Positions 35,420 to 48,004 of a stretch of DNA of 64,000 bases are shown here, piece after piece (position 1 is the stretch's first letter; each line of letters begins with the position of its first letter). The notes below the pieces were generated by a model that searched no databases, had not been told where the DNA came from, and saw only the letters and a program-made list of their open reading frames with translations. The stretch comes from Mobula hypostoma (lineage: Eukaryota), in contig NC_086097.1 in the NCBI RefSeq assembly GCF_963921235.1, positions 186,498,001 to 186,562,000 on the forward strand, in the 5' to 3' direction. The translations under genes were made by a program, and so were the position numbers.

Positions 35420-37500
35420 ACATCACATCTGTCACTGGGTGGTTGGCAAAATGTTTGAGTCCATTATTAAGGAGTAGGTTTCAGGGTACTGGAGGCACAC
35501 AATAAAATAGGCTGAAGTCAGGATAGTTTCCTTAGGGGGAAATCTGTTGAAATTCTTTGAGGAACTAGCAGGCACAATAGACAAAGGTAAGTAAGTGGAT
35601 GTTGTTTACTTGGATTTTCAGAAGGCCTTTGACAAGGTGCTGCACACGAGGCTGCTAAGCAAAATAAAAGCCCATGGCATTACAGGAAAGAGATTTGCTT
35701 AGACAGAAGATTGGCTGATTGCCAATGTGAAACTATAGGGACCTTTTCTAGTTGACTGTCGGTGACGAGTGATGTTCCGCAAACTTCGGTGTTTTGTCCA
35801 CTAATTCTCTTACTATTTAATGACCTGGATGAGAGATTTGATGGCTTTGGGCAAATTTATGAGTAGTAAAATTACAGGTGGAGGGGCAGATAGTTTTTAA
35901 GAAGCAGGGACTCTACAGAAGGACTTGGTCAGATTAAGAGAATGGCAAAGAAATGCCAAATGGAATATGATATAAGGAAATGTATAGTCATGTATTTTAG
36001 TGAAAGGAATAAAGGCATGGACAATTTTCTAAATGGGGAGTGAATTCAGGAATTGAAAGGACAAATGGGATTTCTGGTGCAGGATTCCTAAAGATTACCT
36101 TGTATATTAAGTCAGTAAGATTAAGGAACACAAATTCAATGTTGGCATCACTTTTCAAAGGACTAGAATGCAAATAGAACATAGAACATAGCACCACAGA
36201 GACAGGGCCTGTAGACCAGAATGTTGTGCTGAACCAATTAAATTAGTAATCAGCTGACAAACTAAACTAATCTCTTCTGCCCGCACAATGTCCATATCCT
36301 TCCATTTTCCTCTCATTCTTATACCTATCTAAACATCTCTTAAAAGTCCTTAACATTTCTGTCTCTTCCACCACCCCATTCAGTGCACTATGTGAAAAAT
36401 TTGCCCCTCACATCTCCTTTGAAATTACCCCCTCTCACCTTAAATGACTACTTTTCTAGTATTAGACATTTCAACCCTGGGAAAAAGATACTGTCTATCT
36501 ATTCTATCTACGCCTCTCATGTTCGTATAAACTTCTATCAGATCACTCCTCATCCTCTGCCACTCCCCAGAGAAAACAACCAGAGAGCACGTGCTCTCTA
36601 ATCCAGACAACATCCTGGTAAGCCTCTTCTGCATCCTCTTCAAAGCCTCGACATCCTTCTTATAATGCAGGCAACCAGAACTGTAGACAATACTCCAAAT
36701 GTGGCCTAACTAGAGTTTATATAGCTGCAGAACAGCTTTCTGACTTTTAAACTCATTTCCTCGACTTACAAACACAAGCATGCTATATGCTTTAATAGCC
36801 TCCCTATCAACCTATGTAGCCACTTTCAGGAAGCTTTGAACTTGGACCCCAAGTTCCCTCTGCTCAGCAACACTGCCCTTAACGGTGCACTACCTCTTTG
36901 TATCATCAATCTTCATATCATCGAGCATGGATGCAATCCTGAGTCTTTATAAGGCATTGGTCATACCATACTTGGAGTATTGTGAGCTGTTTTAGGTCCC
37001 ATATCTAACAAAGGATGTGTTGGCATTGGAGAGAGTACAGAGGGGGTTTGCAAGAATAATCTAGGGAATGAAAGGTTTAATGCAGGAGGAGAGCATGATG
37101 GTTTTAGGCCTGTACTTGTTGGAATTTAGAAGAATGAAGGGGATCTCATTGAAACCTATCGAATATTGAAAGGCACAGAATGGACATAGGATGGTTCCAA
37201 TAAAAGGAGAGTCCAGGACTAGAGAGCACAGCTTCAGAATATAAGGATGTCCCTATAGAACAAAGATGGGAGGAATTTCTTAAGCCAAAGGGTGGTGGAT
37301 CTGTGGAATTCATTTCTGCAAATGGCTGTGGTAGTCAAGTTTTATGGTATATTGAAAGTGGAGATTGATAGATTCTTGATTAGTAAGGGAGTCAAATGCA
37401 CAGCGAGAAGGCAGGAGAATAGGGTTGAGAGGGATAATAAATCATCCATGATGGAATGGTGGGGCAGACTCCATAGATCGAATAACCCAGTTCTGCTCCT
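35420..37500 (+). mobile_element. Decayed CR1 RT and tail, interrupted by minus-strand CR1 at ~36174-36900
   Basis: VDVVYLDFQKAFDKV at ~35595; ORF 37292..37576 matches the CR1 ORF2 C-terminus. Confidence 0.85.
36174..36900 (-). mobile_element. CR1 3' portion
   Basis: ATAGAACATAGAACATAG tail; ORF 36440..36643 RMQKRLTRMLSGLE..RMRSDLIEVY. Confidence 0.85.
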
Positions 37501-38619
37501 AAGTCTTTATTTGTCAATGGCCTTTCCACACCCATTCACTCACCTCTTCTTCTGCTCAGGTTGTGCAGAGAACTGACTGAGAAGAGCAAAAGAGCCTGGA
37601 TATGGTTTCACTCTGAGTCTGAAGGGTAAACAATCGTCATCTAACCTGAATGCCAGCAGATTATTACACAGTTGTCTACCCAGTCTCTGAGAGACATACT
37701 GGGTGGGCAGCTTCAGGACATTGAGTTCTTCCTTCACAAAAAGCACTAATTCTTCTCCTTCAAAGCCCTGCTAAGCAAAATCATACCCATATCCAAATTT
37801 CCCAGTCTGCTCTTTCACTTGGCCCCGGGCAGCAGAATCCCGGTAGGGGAGGCAGGTTTTCATGATATGCTGAGTTGTGCCTAAAATCCTCTCTAGCTTC
37901 TTGCAGTCTCAGGCAGAGTAGATGTTCTACCAAACTGTGATGCATCTGTATAGGATGTTTTCTACAAAAATGGTGGGAGTCAACAGGAACATGCCAAATC
38001 TTTTTAGCCTCCTGAGGACATAAGTATTCTGTCTTGTTGTCTATGTGGTTGGATTATGTCAATTTTTGTAATGTCACTGATGGATTCTGTTATAAACGGT
38101 TTAAAGTTTTTTCTTCATAAATAAAGATATTTAAACATTTCAGTGAAGTTAGAAATAGTATTAAATACTGCCTAATGGAATGATAAACTGATTCAGTTGT
38201 TTCTAGATAATAAATATTAGATTATGTAAAGATCCTGTAATAATTATGCTGTAATTTAAGTAGTTCAGGATTAATTGCGGTTACAGTATTGCAAATTGCA
38301 CGATTGCCATTTATTGTCACAATTAAATGCATATTATCTACCAGTGATAAAAATAGAATTTGAATTATATCTGATACAGTGTATGTCAGTATGAATAATG
38401 ATGTATAAGCATCAGTTGTTTGACTGGAAACTACAGGAATTAAATTAGTTCATGATAGAAAAAAAGAGATACATAACAAATTTGCATTCTGCTTTACACC
38501 ATTTCTGATTTCCCTTTCCTTTATGGTCAATAGAAAAGATTCAGGAAGTTCTTACACCTCTCTTACACTCAAACTGCTAAAAATATTTCCCCTTCTCCAG
38601 TCATTTTTCTCTTTCACCA

Positions 38620-38885
38620 ATTGACCCTCCAGCTCTTTATTTCACCATTCCCTTTCTCCCAGTTTCACATATCACCAACTATGTTGTATCTCTTCCACTC
38701 CTTCACCCACCCCCCCACCTTCTTTTTCTGACTTCTAAGCTCTTACTTCCAGTCCTGATGAAGGCCTCGGACCAAAACATCAACTGTTTACTCTTTTCCG
38801 TAGATGCTGCCTGGCCTGCTGAGTTCCTCTAACATTTTGTATGTATTACTTTGATTTCCGGCACCAGCAGATTTTCTCTTGTTCG
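38620..38885 (+). mobile_element. Penelope-like terminal repeat fragment with degenerate hammerhead-like motif
   Basis: CAGTCCTGATGAAGGCCTCGGACCAAAACATCAACTG..GATGCTGCCTGGCCTGCTGAGTTCCTC; homologous to 5500-5745. Confidence 0.8.
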
Positions 38886-39004
38886 TGGTTAGACAGACGA
38901 TATTACTTTCAGCAGAAAATGTGTGGGAGTTGGATGATGAAATAATTCTCTACTGATACTCTACCATTTAGTAAATAGTTTAAAGGAAAGATAGACTGAC
39001 AAGG

Positions 39005-40787
39005 TAGCAAATAGAAAATGATGCTGGAGAAATTGTAATGGGAGATAAGGAGATAGCAGAGGAACTGAACGAATATTTTGCATCAGTCTTCACTGAGGAA
39101 TTCATCAGCAGTATACCGGACACTCAAGGGTGGCAGGGAAGAGAAGTGTGCGCAGTCACAATTACGACAGAGGAAGTACTCAGGAAGCTGAATAGTCTAA
39201 ATGTAGCTAAACCTCCCGGACCAGATGGAATGCACCCTCATGTTCTGAAGGAAGTAACTGTGGAGATTGCGGAGGCATTAGCAATGACCTTTCAAAAGTC
39301 AATAGATTCTGGCATGGGTCCAGAGGACTGGAAGATTACAAATGTCACTCCGCTATTTAAGAAGAGGACAAGGAAGCAAAAAGGAAATTATAGACCTGCT
39401 AGCTTGACATCGGTGGTTGGGAAGTTGTTGGAGTCGATTGTCAAGGATGAGGTTACGGAGTACCTGGAGGAATATGACAAGATAGGCAGAACTCAGCATG
39501 ATTTCCTTCAAGGAAAATCCTGCCTGACAAACTTATTGCAATTTTTTGAGGAAATTACAAGTAGGCTAGACAAGGGAGATGTAGTGGATGTTGTATGTTT
39601 AGATTTTCAGAAGGCCCCGACAAGGTGCCGCACATGAGGCTGCTAAACAAGATAAGAGCCCATGGAATTACAGGAAAGTTACATACATGGATAGAGCTTT
39701 GGTTGTTTGGCAGGAAACAGAGAGTGGGAATAAAGGGATCCTATTCTGGTTGGCTGCCGATTACTAGTGGTATTCCACAGGGGTCCATGTTGGGGCCGCT
39801 TCTTTTTACATTGTACATCAACGATTTGGCTTATGGAATAGATGGCTTTGTGGCGAAGTTTGCTGATGATACAAAGACAGGTGGAGGGGCTGGTAGTGCT
39901 GAGGAAACAGAGGGTCTACAGAGAGACTTGAATAGATTAGGAGAACAGGCAAAGAAGTGGCAAATGAAATGCAATGTTGGAAAGTGTATGGTTCTGCACT
40001 TTGGTAGAAGAAATAAATGGGCAGACTATTATTTAACTGGGGAGAGAATTCAAAGTTCTGAGATGCAACTGGACTTGGGAGTCCTTGTGCAGGATACCCT
40101 TAAGATTAACCTCCATGTTGAGTTGGTGGTGAGGAAGGCGAATGCAATGTTGGCATCATTTCTAGAGGAATAGAGTATAGGAGCAGGAATGTGATGTTGA
40201 GGTTCTATAAGGCACTGGTAAGACCTCACTTGGAATACTGTTGGCAGTTTTGGGCTCCTTATTTAAGAAAGGATGTGCTGATATTGGAGAGGGTTCAGAG
40301 AAGATTCACTAGAATGATTCCGGGAATGAGAGGGTTAACATATGAGGAACGTTTGACCACTCTTGAACTGTACTCCTTGGCATTTAGAAGAATGCGGGGG
40401 GACCTCATAGAAACATTTCGTATGTTGAAAGGCATGGACAGAGTGGATGTGGCAAAGTTGTTTCCTGTGATGGGGGAGTCTAGTACGAGAGGGCATGACT
40501 TAAGTATTGAAACGTGCCCATTCAGAACAGAGATGCAAAGAAATTTTTTCAGCCAGAGGGTGGTGATTCTGTGGAATTTGTTGCCACGGGTGGCAGTGGA
40601 GGTCAAGTCATTGGGTGTATTTAAGGCAGAGATTGATAGGTATCTGAGTAGCCAGGGCATCAAAGGTTATGGTGAGAAGGCAGGGGAGTGGGACTAAATG
40701 GGAGAATGGATCAGCTCATGACAAAATGGCGGAGTAGACTCGATGGGCTGAATGGCTGACTTCTGCTCCTTTGTCTTATGGTCTTAT
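39005..40787 (+). mobile_element. Young 5'-truncated CR1 (RT to tail)
   Basis: ORFs 39038..39637, 39595..40173 and 40191..40697 form a near-continuous ORF2 C-half (GNYRPASLTS, SCLTNLLQFFEE, FADDTK) broken by about two frameshifts. Confidence 0.95.
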
Positions 40788-40794
40788 TATATAA

Positions 40795-41938
40795 AATTAG
40801 GAGCTGTTGTTAACAGTGAAGAAGATTATTGTAGATTGCAGGGGGTAGGGGGGATCTTAATTAGTTAAGGGAAGTTGGCCAAGGAGTGACAAATAGATTT
40901 CAATACTGTTAATTATGAGATAATGGAATTTGGAAAGTCAAACTGGCAAGAGACTTGCACTATGAAATGTTAGGGCACGAGGGAGTAGAATGGAACATGG
41001 GGGCTTGGAGTACAGTGCATAGTTTGTTGAAAGCAGCATTACAGGTAGACAGGATGATGAAAAAGGCATTTTGCACATTGACCTTCATCAGTAGGGCTCT
41101 GAGGATAGGAATTTGGACATTATATTGCAGTTGTTTAAATTGTTGGTGAGGCCGCACTTGGATTACTGTCTATAGTTGTGGTCACCTGTTATGGGAAAGA
41201 TATAGTTAGACTGGAAAAGGTGCAGAAAAAAATTCCAAGGATGTTGCCAGGACTAGACAGTTTGGGTTAGAGGGAGATGTTGGTTAGCCTAGGTCTTTAT
41301 TACTTGGAATGTAAGGCATATCATAGAACCATTTATATTAGGAGATGCACAGATAAAGTAGATGGTAACAAGGTAGAGAAGTCCAAAACTCAAGGGCAGA
41401 GATCCAACAAAGAATGCAATTACAAAGAAGGTACAACAATAGCTATATTTCATTAGGAGTATGAGGAGATTTGGAGTGTTACCAAAGAGTCCAACGTATT
41501 TCTACAGATGAATCTACAGATCTAATTGGTTGCATCACCATCGCGTATGGAGGGGCCACTGCACTAGATTGGAAAAAGCGCTAGAAAGTTGTAAATGCAG
41601 CCAGCTCCATCATGGGCACTAGCCTCCTCAGCATTGAGGGCATCTTCAGAAGGCAGTCTCAAAAGGTCATTAAGACCTCACATATTTAAATTAAATAAGT
41701 AGTGCAAAAAGAGAGCGAAAATTATATAAATATAAAAAAATATATACAGTATAACATATATATATTTCTTATTGTAATTTATAATTTTAAATTATGTATT
41801 GCTATGTACTACTGCCACCAAAAAGCCCATTTCAAGACAAGTGCCAGTGATGTTAAACATGGTTCCGATTAAAGGTAAGAGTGGTGAGATTTTAAAAAGA
41901 TCCTGAGACAAATTCTTCATGCAGAAAGTGGTGAATAT
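40795..41938 (+). mobile_element. Old CR1 3' fragments with nested Rex1-like piece (~41420-41865); host CR1 resumes at ~43328
   Basis: LKAALQVDRMMKKAF..; ...CAGAAAGTGGTGAATAT joins ..GAACTCTCAGAGGAAGTGGTTGAGCAGG after 43331. Confidence 0.7.
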
Positions 41939-43327
41939 GCATATCCACAGACTAGGCCTCCACCTCAGTCTGTGGCAAAACATTCCACAGATTCACTACT
42001 CTCTGGCTAAAAAAATCCTCCTTGCTTCTGTTCTAAGAGGTCACCTCTCAATTTTGAGGCTGTGTCCTCAAGTTCTGGATACCCCCACCATAGGAAATTT
42101 CCTCTCCACATCCACCCTGTCTAGTCCTTTCAACATTAAGTAGGGTTTCAATGAGATGCCTATGCATTCTTCTAAATTCCAGTGACTAAAGGCCCAAAGT
42201 TGCTAAATGCTCCTCATATGTTAACCCCTTCTTCCCAGAATCTTCTTCTGGACCCTCCCCAATGATAGCATATCCTTTCTGAGATATGGGGCCTAAAGCT
42301 GTTGACAATACTCCAAATACAGTCTGACTAGTGCCTTGTAAGCCTCAGCATTATGTCCTTGCTTTTATATTCTATTCCGTTTCAAATAAATGCCAACATT
42401 GCTTTTGCCTTCATTACCACAGAACCTACCTGTAAATTAACCTTCTGGGAGTCTTGTACAAGGACTCCTAAGTCCCTCTGCACTACTGATACTTGAACCT
42501 TCTCCCTATTTAGATAATAGTCCACACGATTGTTCCTTTTACCAAATTACATTATCATACATTTCCCCACACTGTATTTCATCTGCCACCTTTTTGCTCA
42601 TTCTTCCAATTTGATTAAGTCCTGCTGCAATCAGCACTACCTACCCCTCCACCTATCTTCATATCATCTGCAAGCTTTGCCACAAAACCATCAATTCCAT
42701 TATCCAAATCATTAACAAACAATGTGAAAAGTAGTGGTCCCAATACTGACCCCTGAGGATCACCACTAGTCACTGGCACTCAACCAGAGAAAGCCCCTTT
42801 TATTCTCACTTGCTGCCTCCTGCCTGTCAGCCATTCCTCTATCCATGCCAGTAGCTTTCCTTTAACGCCATAGGATTTTATCTCGTGTGCAGCACCTTAT
42901 CAAATACCTTCTGAAGATCCAAGTAAATGACATCCACTGCTTCTTTTTTGTCCACCCTGCTTGTGGAAGAACTTGAAGAACTCTAACAGATTTGTCAGGC
43001 AAGATTTCCCTTTAGATGGCAGACGTATGGGACTGAGTGGGATTCAGGATCAGCCATAGAACGGCAGAGCGGACTTGATGAGCTGAATGGCTTAATTCTG
43101 CTCAGAGCTTTTATGGTCTTTGTGGAGATATTGTGTAATGACGTGTCAGAAGGTAATTGAAAAGAGCTCTGAGCATGCGCAGAAATGTTGATCTGGAACA
43201 TGACTTGGTAAAAATGCGGTTTGGTTTTGTTGCTGTAAATAGAAGTTCTAATTCTTCCAGAATATGATTCTTTATTGTTAACCCATGGTACGTATAAATA
43301 TAAAGAACACAACAGTGTTATGGTTTT
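41939..43327. mobile_element. CR1 insertion with inverted body (41939-43012, minus) and sense 3' tail (43013-43327)
   Basis: Both parts match the same subfamily as 57245-58435; possible ATAT TSD. Confidence 0.75.
43121..43314. mobile_element. Short solo-LTR-like insertion (194 bp) in a CR1 tail
   Basis: GTCTT|TGTGG...CAACA|GTGTT (5-bp TSD, 1 mismatch); the TTATGGT tail continues across it. Confidence 0.65.
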
Positions 43328-43369
43328 ATATCGAACTCTCAGAGGAAGTGGTTGAGCAGGTACAATAGT

Positions 43370-45180
43370 GTTGGTGCGACATGCAACAAAAAATTCAAAA
43401 ATTATAAAGAATAAAGAATTAAGGAAAATAAAGTTTGAAGTTAAAATACAGATATGCAATAAAATATCCAGTACATAAATACCAGCATGTATTTGTAATA
43501 TAAACCACATTATAAATTGTGATTTAAATTTTTTACAGTGCAGTGCAGTGTCTGAGGTAATAGATAGAGGAGGTGGTGCAAAGAGCTAACTAGATTAGCT
43601 GATCAGACTAACTTTCTTGGGGGGAAGAAACTTTTAAGATGGTGTGAATATTTTGTTTTAATAGCTCTGTAGTGCTTTTTAGAAGGGAGCTTTTGGAACA
43701 GGTAGAGTCCGCAATGATTTTTCCTGCCTGCTTCATTTTCCTGGACACATACTTGTTTAAGAAAAGCTCTAAGAATAACAGGAAATTTTAGGCTGGTAGG
43801 CCTGACATCAATAGTGGGTAACTGCAGATAATACTGAGATAGGTGGCATTGTGGATAATGAAGTAGGTTTTCAAAGCTTGCAGAGAGATTTAGGCCAGTT
43901 AGAAGAGTGGGCTGAAAGATGGCAGATGGAGTTTAATGCTGATAAATGTGAGGTGCTACATTTTGGTAGGACTAATCAAAATAGGACATACATGGTAAAT
44001 GTTAGGGCATTGAAGAATGCAGTAGAACAGAGGGATCTAGGAATAATGGTGCAGAGTTTCCTGAAGGTGGAATCTCATGTGGATAGCGGGGTGAAGAAAG
44101 CTTTTGGTATGCTGGCCTTTATAAATCAGAGTATTGAGTATAGGTGTTGGGATGTCATGTTGAAATTGTATAAGGCATTGGTGAGGCCAAATTTGGAGTA
44201 CTGTGTACAGTTCTGGTCACCAAATTATAGGAAAGGTGTCAATAAAATTGAGAGAGAACAGAGGAGATTTACTAAAATGTTGCCTGGGTTTCATCTCCTA
44301 TGTTACAGAGAAAGGTTGAACAAGTTAAGTCTTTATTCTTTGGAGCGTAGAAGGTTGAGGGAGGACTTGATAGAGGTATTTAAAATTATGAGGGGGATAG
44401 ATAGAGTTGACGTGGATAGGCTTTTTCCATTGAGAGTGGGGGAGATTCAAACAAGAGGACATGGTTTGAGAGTTAAGGGGCAAAAGTTTAGGGGTAACAT
44501 GAGGGGGAACTTCTTTACTCAGAGAGTGGTAGCTGTGTGGAATGAGCTTCCAGCAGAAGTGGTTGAGGCAGGTTCGATGGTGTCGTTTAAAGTTAAATTG
44601 GATAGATATATGGACAGGAAAGGAATGAAGGGTTATAGGCTGAGTGTAGTTCGGTGGGACTAGGTGAGAGTAACAGTTCGGCACAGACTAGAAGGGCCGA
44701 GATGGCTTGTTTCCGTGCTGTAATTGTTATATGGTTATATGGTTATATACTAGTCTTGCAGTGATGGTAGACTGCAGCCAATGATCTTGTCTGCTGACAT
44801 GACAGTTTGCTATAATTTTTGTATATTGTGAGAGGCTGCTGCACCAAGCCATACGGTAATGGCTGATAGGAAAATGCTCTCTATGATGGCAGTATAGATT
44901 TGCACCAGTATGTTCTGGGAAAGATGGAATTTTACCAACTGCCACAAGTAGTACATTTTCTGCTGAGCCTTTTTGTTAATGAAACAGATATGGTTCTCCC
45001 ACTTGAGGCCCTACTAGATAATGATACCCGGGAACCTGAATGTTGAAATAGTGCTAACTGTAGAGTTGTTGATGATCCACTTCTCCTGAAGTAAGTATGT
45101 GTCTCCATAATTTTGAGGGTATTCAGCTCCAAGTTGATGTGATTGCACCAGAGGTCTGAAGGGCCTGTACCCTAATGCTC
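43370..45180 (-). mobile_element. Rex1-like LINE 3' part split by CR1 at 43753-44750
   Basis: CCTGGACACATAC...AGTCTTGCAGTGATGG is continuous across the insertion; minus strand reads like LELNTLK..FRFPGIII. Confidence 0.7.
43753..44750 (+). mobile_element. Young CR1 3' portion with internal deletion near 43822
   Basis: ORF 43851..44663 (270 aa) LQRDLGQLEEWAERWQMEFNADKCEVLHFG...; (GGTTATAT)n tail; possible ATACT TSD. Confidence 0.95.
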
Positions 45181-46869
45181 TATATTGTCACTGAAGTATT
45201 ATGTTTGGTAAACTTTTTATATTGCTCTTCCTAATATGCCATTTTTCAACATTACTATATTCAGAATGAGTTTAAGGGTATATGTAAATACATGAATATG
45301 TATGTTTAATATGCTCCTCTGAAAATGGTCAAATGTATTTTCTTACACGTGTATACGTATATACATTCAAAAAGTAGAATTTTCAGTCAAGAACGATGTT
45401 GCAAGCTCACAACACTGTATTGGTCAGTGGAAACAATGATGTTAATGTTCAGCACAACTTATGTTCATAAAATATGATAATTCAATTCATTTTTCTGGCT
45501 CCATTGCAGCAGCTTAATGTTTAGGTTAATAAAGTTGTATGAGTTAATAATACAAGAGACATATGTTCAAATGTCATCATAGTAGCTGAGAATTTTAAAT
45601 TCAGTTAACCGAATAATCAGCAATCGACTCCTATGTCACTACCTGTAACCCTGGGATAACTCAGTTTATGGATTAAAATCATTTTGAAGCAGAATTCTGC
45701 TGTCCTAACAGTCCTTGTCAATATACGCCTTTACACCCAACAATGCAGTTATTCTCCAAGGCCACTTGACTGAAGGGGCATTTAGAAATGGGCAATAAAT
45801 GCAATCCCTTCCACTTCCACTGACAATTGTGTTCCATGAAAGAATAATGATCTCATAATTTCATTATCTGGTGGTACCTGCCAGAGAATATGCATGCATT
45901 TGTCTCTCCAGTAAGGGCAGCCACTGAGCAATAATTTTCTAGCAGATATTATTTTGAATGACATTTGAGCAGAGGGTTGCTAGGACAAGAAGAACCCATT
46001 TAAAATGTCCATTAGGAAAGGTAGATGAGAAAAGAAAAAAAAAAGTGAAGAAAATTGCTTAAGTCTAGACGAACCATTTATACTTCACAGACTGCTATCA
46101 TCATAGGAATTCAAGTGATCAGGAGCAAGATATTGAATAAAAATCATTCAAAGTTGTTCCATTTCTACAAAAGTGTCTTGTTTTTGCTATGTGCTGTCAC
46201 ATTCTCACTGATGAGGTCCTGGACCGGTGTACAGGCAAGGTGTTCTTTTCAGTCTACTGCCATCATGTTGACCAAGATACACCCTGCTCACATTCATCTC
46301 CCCTCTCTTTAATAACTTTAATTAGGGTTACTACCAATATCACAAGCCACTTAAACTGAATCAGGCACTTGGCTATCTGAAGTTGTTTTAGGTATTGATA
46401 CTCCACCATAGATACTTACACAAAGGATATGTATTCTGCCTAGCCTTGGTCTTTCCAGTTAGTGCTGTCTTTTAAAAGTACTGGCATTTATATGAGGGTG
46501 AGTCCATAGCACATTTGTTTCCAATGATATTATGACATATTACCAAAAATTTTGGGTAGTTTTAGCCTGGCTATTATTTCCATCTGAGTTCTTGTACACC
46601 AAAGATACTACCATGGAACATCATTAATTCACTGTAATTAAAATGTGTTCCATTTTTACTACCCAAAGTGGAATTTGAATCCTGTGCGCTTGGCCACTTA
46701 GAGTAGGCATGATTTCTTGTTGTTCTTAGGTTGGATATAAAATAAATCCCGGAGAGAGTTCTCATTGCCATACAGTGTTAAAAGTGAAAAGGCTGCAATT
46801 TGTGTATATTATGTTATGCAAAATTTTACAGAGACAATAATACCTGCAGGATTCAAGAAGCTTTTAAAA

Positions 46870-47170
46870 CATGGTGCTGCCTTACTGCTCTAGTGAGCCA
46901 GAGTCACTCCTGACCACGGGTGCTGTTTATGTAGAAGTTGTATGTTCTCACTGTAGTTGTGTGGGTTTCTTCTGGATGGTCCTGTCTCCTTCAATGTCCC
47001 AAAAAATGGGGGTTGGTAAGTTAATCAGTTACCATAAATAGGAATGAATAATAGAATTGAGTGCGGAGTAATGCTTATGGTGAGAATAAGATGGGTTACA
47101 GTAGGATTATTGAGAGCTTTGATAGACCAAAGGGCCTGTTTCTGTGGCTGTTTATCTCTTTGACACTATA
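46870..47170 (+). mobile_element. Degenerate V-SINE-like SINE
   Basis: GTTGTATGTTCTCACTGT..GTGTGGGTTTCTTCTGGATGGTCCTGTCTCCTTC resembles the V-SINE core; CR1-like 3' end. Confidence 0.6.
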
Positions 47171-48004
47171 ACTTCATTGCATTCCATAACCACATGACTC
47201 ATTTGCATAGTACACTTAATGTACCGCTCTCCATTCCTCCTTTGAAAATAGTTGAACATTCCTCCCATGTATGCAATGTCATTAGAGAATCAATCTGTTA
47301 ACCAGCTTCCTTAGCTGGTTCAGGCTTCTCAACTTTGTATTTGTCTCTGACATTATATTAGTTCCCTTGTCGGAACTCACTGCTGTTCTGTGGCACTTCA
47401 ATTATTGTTGATTTTACGCTGACATCAAGAATAGTTTCATCATTGCACATGATTTCAGTATCTCCAGCTAGGCCTCTTGCTGTGATCATCTGAACATTTC
47501 TGGTTTATGCGTAGCAAGTGCTTTCTCATACTACAGACTCCTTTTCTAATGTATCGTTGATAAGGTTCATCCATGCTCCCTGGTGTGATTCACTAACTCT
47601 GAGTGAAACTTGCTTTTCTTTGTATTATGCCACCTCTCTACACTTACCTTTAAGTTGGACTTGATCAGGCTTAATTTCGGCATAGATGAAAATAGATTAG
47701 CAGCTCCATCCAGGTATATCCTGATGCAAAGTATGATATTGTAGAGTACTTAAACAAAAGGTTAGCCAATCTTGATTCATTGTGAAACCTGAACAATGAT
47801 TTAGCATTTGCTTCTTCAAGCAGCCATCCCTTTGGAAGGAGGATGAAACAGATAATCAATAAACATTTAATGCTATTTCATTACAGAAGACATCCAAATA
47901 AATGAGAAATGTAATGTGGCCCAGTTTCAGATTCCAATTCTGTCAGTAATCCATGTGTGTAAACAACCAGTGGTCCATTCTGATGTACAAGTATGTGATC
48001 TCAA

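Noticed and set aside
42995..43510. 171-aa minus-strand ORF
   Set aside because: It spans three unrelated repeat pieces (Rex1-like tail, LTR-like insert, CR1 tail); a chance ORF.
43851..44663. Longest ORF (270 aa) as a host or domesticated gene
   Set aside because: It is the C-terminus of CR1 ORF2 in a truncated copy with its native tail and lacks the RT core; openness is explained by young age.
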